Assembly: GCA_032718475.1 (NCBI GenBank)
Contig: JAUCBJ010004054.1
Location: forward strand, 998 to 64,997
DNA: 64,000 bases
Direction of reading: 5' to 3'
Origin: Nemertoderma westbladi
Taxonomy: Eukaryota > Animalia > Xenacoelomorpha
Below are positions 62,901 through 64,000 of this stretch, piece after piece (positions within the stretch are counted from its first letter, which is position 1; each line of letters begins with the position of its first letter). The translations under genes were made by a program, and so were the position numbers. The notes below the pieces were generated by a model that was not told the origin of the DNA, searched no databases, and was given only the letters and a program-made list of their open reading frames with translations.

Positions 62901-64000
62901 CTTTATATTATAGACTCAGTACCAACATACAACTGGTACCGTTACTGTACCCACGTCCTTTATAGACTCAGTACCAACATACAACTGGTGCTGTTACTGT
63001 ACCCACGTCCTTTATATTATAGACTCAGTACCAACATACAACTGGTACCGTTACTGTACCCACGTCCTTTATAGACTCAGTACCAACATACAACTGGTAC
63101 CGTTACTGTACCCACGTCCTTTATATTATAGACTCAGTACCAACATACAACTGGTACCGTTACTGTACCCACGTCCTTTATAGACTCAGTACCAACATAC
63201 AACTGGTACCGTTACTGTACCCACGTCCTTTATATTATAGACTCAGTACCAACATACAACTGGTGCCGTTACTGTACCCACGTCCTTTATATTATAGACT
63301 CAGTACCAACATACAACTGGTACCGTTACTGTACCCACGTCCTTTATAGACTCAGTACCAACATACAACTGGTACCGTTACTGTACCCACGTCCTTTATA
63401 TTAGACTCAGTACCAACATACAACTGGTACCGTTACTGTACCCACGTCCTTTATAGACTCAGTACCAACATACAACTGGTACCGTTACTGTACCCACGTC
63501 CTTTATAGACTCAGTACCAACATACAACTGGTACCGTTACTGTACCCACGTCCTTTATAGACTCAGTACCAACATACAACTGGTACCGTTACTGTACCCA
63601 CGTCCTTTATAGACTCAGTACCAACATACAACTGGTACCGTTACTGTACCCACGTCCTTTATAGACTCAGTACCAACATACAACTGGTACCGTTACTGTA
63701 CCCACGTCCTTTATAGACTCAGTACCAACATACAACTGGTACCGTTACTGTACCCACGTCCTTTATAGACTCAGTACCAACATACAACTGGTACCGTTAC
63801 TGTACCCACGTCCTTTATAGACTCAGTACCAACATACAACTGGTACCGTTACTGTACCCACGTCCTTTATATTATAGACTCAGTACCAACATACAACTGG
63901 TACCGTTACTGTACCCACGTCCTTTATAGACTCAGTACCAACATACAACTGGTACCGTTACTGTACCCACGTCCTTTATAGACTCAGTACCAACATACAA
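53904..64000. repeat. 52/57-bp satellite (gactcagtaccaacatacaactggtaccgttactgtacccacgtcctttata, with or without ttata), over 10 kb, running off the window
   Basis: Roughly 185 almost identical units in two length classes. Confidence 0.99.

Overview
This looks like repeat-rich, AT-rich genomic DNA from an invertebrate animal; the exact taxon cannot be determined. No prokaryotic features or CRISPR array were found. Host genes: exon 1 of an arylsulfatase of the ARSB/I/J group (minus strand), an intronless ribulose-phosphate 3-epimerase whose stop codon is supplied by a minisatellite, exon 1 of malectin, an intronless putative GPI-anchored 10-cysteine (Ly6/three-finger-like) protein, and an intronless PH-like plus degenerate RhoGAP-like ORF. 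About a third of the window is tandem arrays (units of about 30, 28, 37, 18 and 52/57 bp). Mobile DNA includes two RTE LINE copies, a CR1/L2-group LINE fragment, a truncated BEL/Pao LTR element bracketed by inverted arms of the 28-bp satellite, a Tc1/mariner element with long TIRs, a MULE/Merlin-like foldback element, MITEs and SINE/tRNA-like remnants. The most unusual item is an approximately 8.5-kb APE-type (RTEX-like) LINE whose very long ORF1 region carries mucin-like repeats, a PAM2-like motif and a Ulp1/C48-type cysteine protease. All family assignments come from reading motifs by eye, with no database searches.
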